A stretch of 64,000 nucleotides of DNA from a virus (lineage: Duplodnaviria > Caudoviricetes): positions 64,001-128,000 of IMG/VR virus record IMGVR_UViG_3300037067_026010; one strand, written 5' to 3'. Position numbers and translations under genes: made by a program. This document shows positions 59,101 to 64,000 of the stretch, in pieces. The first letter of the stretch is position 1. Each line of letters opens with the position of its first letter. A model generated the notes under the pieces. The model was given only the letters and a program-made list of their open reading frames with translations. It had not been told where the DNA came from and searched no databases.

Positions 59101-62100
59101 GCACGGCATCGACAATTGGCAGCCGCATACTACCGGATATGTCGGGCGAAAATGGTGCGTTCCATATTAGGGTGCCGGCCTGCCATCGCACAGCGTCAGC
59201 ACATGCGATCTTCACCGTCTTTTGCGTCGCGTACTCGACGGTCAGTCCTACGGCAGTGCTGGGCTGCCTGCCCACCTGCGTAAAAATTTGGTCGCGTGTG
59301 GATTTAGCCATAATGCACTTCCTCAGTTTTTTATCATGCGCTCCTGTAGACAAACGGTGTAACTTCGTCATGGGCCTGCCTCAATACGATCCCGCGCATA
59401 CGCATCAGCGCGAAAGACGCACTGCCTACACCGAGAAGGCGCGGATGCGCAAGGTTACCGAGTGCAATTTTGCTGCACCTTGTCCACGGCATCATCACAA
59501 CCACGTCGTGTTGCAACGTTTTTTCTACCACAAGTATTTGCTGCTCAATATTACTCGTCTTCATCGAATACTCCCGGCGGCCCTAAGACCCGTATGCCCA
59601 ATGTCTCCGCCATGGCCTGTGCAAGCAGCTCGCAAGCACTGTTATTTCCGTGAGTAAACGCCCCGGCATGCACTAGGGGCCAGGTTGCCTGCCAGGCCTC
59701 GATGCCGACTGCGACTCTTACCATCCCGTGCAGTACATGAATGCCGTCCAACCACATACTGTCGCGGGGTTGCGTAACGACCTGCGCGAAAATTCGATCA
59801 CGCCGTGGATTACTCATAAGGCAGCTCCTTGGATTTCTCGGCACGTCTCCACAGGGTCAGGGGTCCGGAAGGGAGGAGCACTACCGCCTGCGCGATTATC
59901 GAATCCTCGACTCTGGGCATGAGCCGCATCCGCATGTGCTCGCCTATAAGTCCACGTACCGGCGCCGACACCTGCATCCAGCAAAGCTCCACCGGCTCGA
60001 AATGACCGACCGTCTGGGCCATTACCTGCTTCGTAATTTGTTTCGCAATGTCGTGTTTAGCATCAATCGGGTTCATGGGCGCCTTTCGTATATGACAGGG
60101 CCGCCTCCCCTAGCAAGCGACGAAGCGGACGCCCTGCGGCGTTCGTAGGAAACCGCTCGATGAGCCACCGGGCAATCTGGCGCTCTAATTGTCGGTAAAG
60201 CGGCCGAGTAATGGCCAACAGTATTGCATCGTAAGGCCGCACGTAGCACTGCATGTGCATGTCGCACCAGCGATCTGTTTTATTCATGTGACCTCCAGGA
60301 GCCGTCCTCGATTTGCCCGACTATTTGTCCGCCGATGGCATCAATCATAGCAAGGCTTAGCGCCCTCCCCACGTTGCCGCGCCGCGACGCGAACGGGTTG
60401 CCGAACAGCAGCACCTCCCGCACATGCCAGGAGGGCACGAGGCCGACCGATGCTGGTATGCGACTCTCGATCTGCGCCCGGACTCGGTACTCCGTGTCCG
60501 TGCCCACGTCGATGCGCAACAGCGGCAGAGCGCCGTCGCCGCGAAGATCCATGATCCTCATCTTTTTGCCTCCGTTTCCTGCTGGGCCTGCGCTAACATG
60601 CACCGCTGAATTTGCCGCAAGACGACGTTGTTGACACGCGCCTTCAGCAGACGTTCTACGATAGTCTGCACCCGATGGCCCACTTCATAGCGTACTTGCC
60701 TTTCGTGATCGGGTTCCAAAGGCCAAGTCCAGAACACTATATGCGGCCGAGATCGGGTAGCTTGCTTCACGGGTACAGCTCCTTCGCGGTGTGCGCGCGG
60801 ACTACGGCACGGGCCTGTTCAATAATGAGCGGGCGGAACCGCACGCGAATAACTGCGCGCACCCTGTCCATCGTAGCCGCCCTGGACTCGGAACTGATGC
60901 CTAGGTCGGCGCTATGCGAATCTGCCGAGAAGGGGCTGACAGGGGATCCCTGCACTTGGCGTAGTATCTGTGCGTACGTCATCGTCCCACCTCCGCCAGT
61001 TCGTGTGCCGCGCTGCTCACTATATCTTGCATATCTAGGGTAGGTACGTCATACCATTCCCAGAAATCTCGGTCACGCATATTGCATAGGACTTCCGCGG
61101 CGACTTGTCGGTGAATCGTGCCGTCCGCAGGCGCCGTACTGCCCATAATGACTGCCAGTAGCTGGCCGGCGACGCATTCGTGAATACAGCATGCTCGCGT
61201 GATTTGTAATGCGCGCTCGTCAGGTGTCATGATACGCTCCTACGGACAAATGGTTTGACGTCGTCATGGGCCTGGCCAAGCACGACGTGACGCACCGGCT
61301 GCAGCACCTGTCGCGATACCGCCGCCAATATCTGTTCTGCAACGCGGACTTGTAGCGTTAGTGCCACCCGGCCGTCGAAAGCTGCGCCCTTGAGCCCGCA
61401 GATAGCCCGGTACAGCTCCGGGTTGCACAGCTGTCGCAGTAGTCTCGAATGCAACGCGTGTTTGGGTGTCATGGCGCGCGCCTTTCTATTTCGATACGCG
61501 CCTGGTCCTCTACTAAATCGTAGATGCCCCCGAACTCGGTGCCGTCACGCGTAAACTGTTGCGTATCCAAAATGGGAAGATGTGGCATCGAGGCGCAGGT
61601 TGCGGAGATAGCGTCGATTACCTTGGTATAGAGGCAATCGGAGACGATCCGCTGCCGCTCGTGCATCAGGGATAGCCGCATTTTTCTGGTTTTTGCTTTC
61701 ATAGCGCGTACCTTTCCATTTCGATGCGCGCCTGTGCCGTCACCAAGTCGCAGATGCCGCCAAACCTGGTGCCGGTGCGCCCAAACCGTTGTGCATCCAC
61801 ATCGGGAAGCGGCGGTACTGCACCGTAAACTTTCCCGTGGACAAGAGACAGTATCCTGCCGTAGACGCAGTCCTCGATAGTTCGCTGCTGCACGTGAATC
61901 GTGACCAGACGCTGCATTAGGTTTTTGCGCCGCGCGGGGCTCAGCATTTTTAGATCTCCTGAATCCATGCGCCCCTCGCTATCTCGATATGGACCTGTGC
62001 CCCTGTCTCCACCAAACCGCAGAGGCTGCCAGCCGCCCTATCGGACTGAAATGGCCGGCCGCGGGCATCCAGCGGCCGCTGCACTGCAGCAGTAACTCGG

Positions 62101-62965
62101 CCACTGACATGGCGTAGCACCTGGTCATAGATACAGCTAAAGATATGCCGACCTAGACTGTCCGGCCACCGCGGCATGATATTGTTATTCATTAGCGCTG
62201 TACCCTCTGGCCTGTGGCGGTTGCTTGTGCTTCAATTGCCTGGCTTGCAGCCTGTTTAATTAGCCAAACGGCGCCATGATATCGGCTAAGGCCTCCACCG
62301 CCGTGAAGGATACCGACCATTTGCCGCGGAATGGTATCGATGTCAGCAAGGTAGACTCGGTCTTGCATCGGTCCGAGGCCGGCGGCCAATACCTCGCTCT
62401 GGCGCATAAACGCTCGTACTACAGCCGCCTGGCTCTTGTGATTCATAGCAATTCGCCCTCCGGGAATATATGAAATACACCGCCTGCCCTGGTCGAGTGT
62501 ACCGTTTCGTGTTTACCTACGGTCTCATCGACAGCCCGGCAGAGCAGCCGTTGCACGGCACCTTCCCTCGCAAGGCCTGTACCGTGCAGGATGCCGTCCG
62601 ACACCGACGGATTATACAGGTTATTGTTAAACATCGGCAACAAGACGCGCGCCGCCACGTCCATGGTGCACCGCTGCCACATCTGTTGCCATTCCGCTAG
62701 TACTTTACGACTCATGCTGACCCTCCACAACTTCCTTTGCTTGATCCACCACGCAACGGAGTATGGCCGATGGTACTTCCTCCGCGGTGATTGCACGCTC
62801 CGCCCTGCCGCGCGTAGGTAGGTCTACCCTGAGGCGGACCGCGCCGTCCCAGTGCAGGAACAACACGGATTTCATGGGTGCCCAGATTTTATTGTGAACG
62901 CAGTAAGCAAGATGCTCCGCCATATTACCGCCCTTTCATATAACGTGCTTTCGATACCGCAGCCG

Positions 62966-62981
62966 CGGTAATTAAGCACCG
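62966..62981 (+). promoter_or_regulatory. 16-bp palindrome, copy 7
   Basis: Exact CGGTAATTAAGCACCG. Confidence 0.7.
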
Positions 62982-64000
62982 GGCCTTTTGTCTGTTTCTG
63001 CACGGGCTTGGCCTCCTACGAGATGCCTTACTTGCCCAACGCCGGCATCCCATATTCGATGCGTAAGCTGGTCCATGACCTCGTACATGGTCGCGTTATC
63101 CACGAAAGCCGGGTCCACCACACAGCACTGAATCGATTGGTGCCGCAGGTATTTATACAAGTCCTCCCCGCTCATCGGTAGCCTCCTGCGTACCTCGTGT
63201 TTGCGGCGTATCCGCCGGTAAGCGAGGCACTGTAACCACGTTAATATGCGACCATGCTGCGCCGCACACATTATCGTGCAACGGCCCTATGACCAGCGAC
63301 CACACACGCGCTCTAATCGCACGACTGCACTTGGCGGACACAAGCCGCTGACCCAGCACTATCTCAGCCAGCCGTTTCGCATCAATACGGTGTAAAGGTT
63401 CGTCCACCACTTGCCGTTCAATTTTGCTACGAGTCATCTGCTCCCTCTGTCGTACGGCAATGGCCGATATTCCGTGTCTGCTGCAATATGCTCCTGCACC
63501 GCGCTACTCACGCTATCGTTAAACCGCTCGATTTCAGGCAGCCACGGGGCCGCATAAATCTCTTGGCGACCCTTCTCGTACACATCCAGCAGGCAGGTAT
63601 GCGCTACGGGATGCTGTAGAGCCACCATAATACGATTTGCCGGTTCTTCGTGTAATTGCCGGAATGCTCTGTTTCCAGTCATTTGCGTGCTCCGGTATTT
63701 AGACCTTGTAGGTCCTCGCCGCGTCGATGCAATCCTTGAGCCACCGTATCGCCGCGTGATACTCCTCGCGGTACTGCGGGTTGGCGGCGCTGCTGTCGGC
63801 ATAAACTATATCGATGGTCTCCGCGAACGCCTTGAGCGTGCAAAAGCGCTTGCATCCGCAGAAAATATGGAGGCACGTCCGCAGTACGACTACCGTAGTG
63901 CTGCGCCCTGCTGATCCAATGCCGCCGAACTGCAGAATACGCAGAATCGGCTTGCCGTTGTACGTGGCACCGTACAGGTCGGCAGAAGCAAAGTTGGTGC

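Larger units (their letters stand above)
52407..63802 (-). other. Array of about 45 small (60-140 aa), tightly coupled, Gln/Val/Arg-rich ORFs, some paralogous
   Basis: Head-to-tail ORFs, many with ATGA or short overlaps and GGAG RBSs. Recurrent C-terminal (I/V/L)x(E/G/R)QAx(E/Q/K). Several clear paralogue pairs. Confidence 0.75.

Noticed and set aside
3901-62981. 16-bp repeat as a CRISPR array, att site or dif site
   Set aside because: Copies are kilobases apart in both orientations with no spacers. No cas or integrase gene is in the window and there is no resemblance to dif.
1-64000. Stop-codon reassignment, as seen in some large phages
   Set aside because: Recognisable genes are full-length under code 11 and end at TAA, TAG or TGA. 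The small array ORFs mostly change frame and have their own RBSs, so they are not fragments of a recoded long gene.

Overview
This window looks like part of a large dsDNA phage or prophage genome. Nearly all genes are on the minus strand, densely packed, and none is a cellular housekeeping operon. The host is unknown; a Planctomycetota-like host is only a weak guess from the Cys-rich and papain-like genes. From left to right it contains: (1) the 5' part of a divergent RNA polymerase beta subunit that the ORF track missed because it runs off the left edge, plus a sigma-70 factor at 10.6-11.3 kb; (2) putative virion proteins punctuated by K-x-[A/S] motifs, including a ~1165 aa polyvalent protein (InPase, C39 peptidase, zincin, LigD phosphoesterase, ATP-dependent ligase) in which three internal domain borders fall at those motifs and which has a 1-nt frameshift; (3) a membrane/lysis-like block with a papain-like protease that has an intein at its catalytic Cys; (4) bacterioferritin, a cold-shock protein and two structured intergenic RNA candidates; (5) an 8.6 kb glycosyltransferase, radical SAM and methyltransferase island; (6) tail-fibre-like genes, one with a trypsin domain; (7) DUF6745, HNH and ParB genes, with a 16-bp imperfect palindrome (CGGTAATTAAGCACCG) seen 7 times, two copies bracketing parB; (8) a 3129-bp IS1-family element with inverted repeats and a target duplication, carrying an MT-A70 methyltransferase, an RHH-like regulator and an unknown gene; (9) an ~11.5 kb array of about 45 small, tightly coupled ORFs, some of them paralogous. 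All calls come from reading motifs by eye; no database search or folding program was run.
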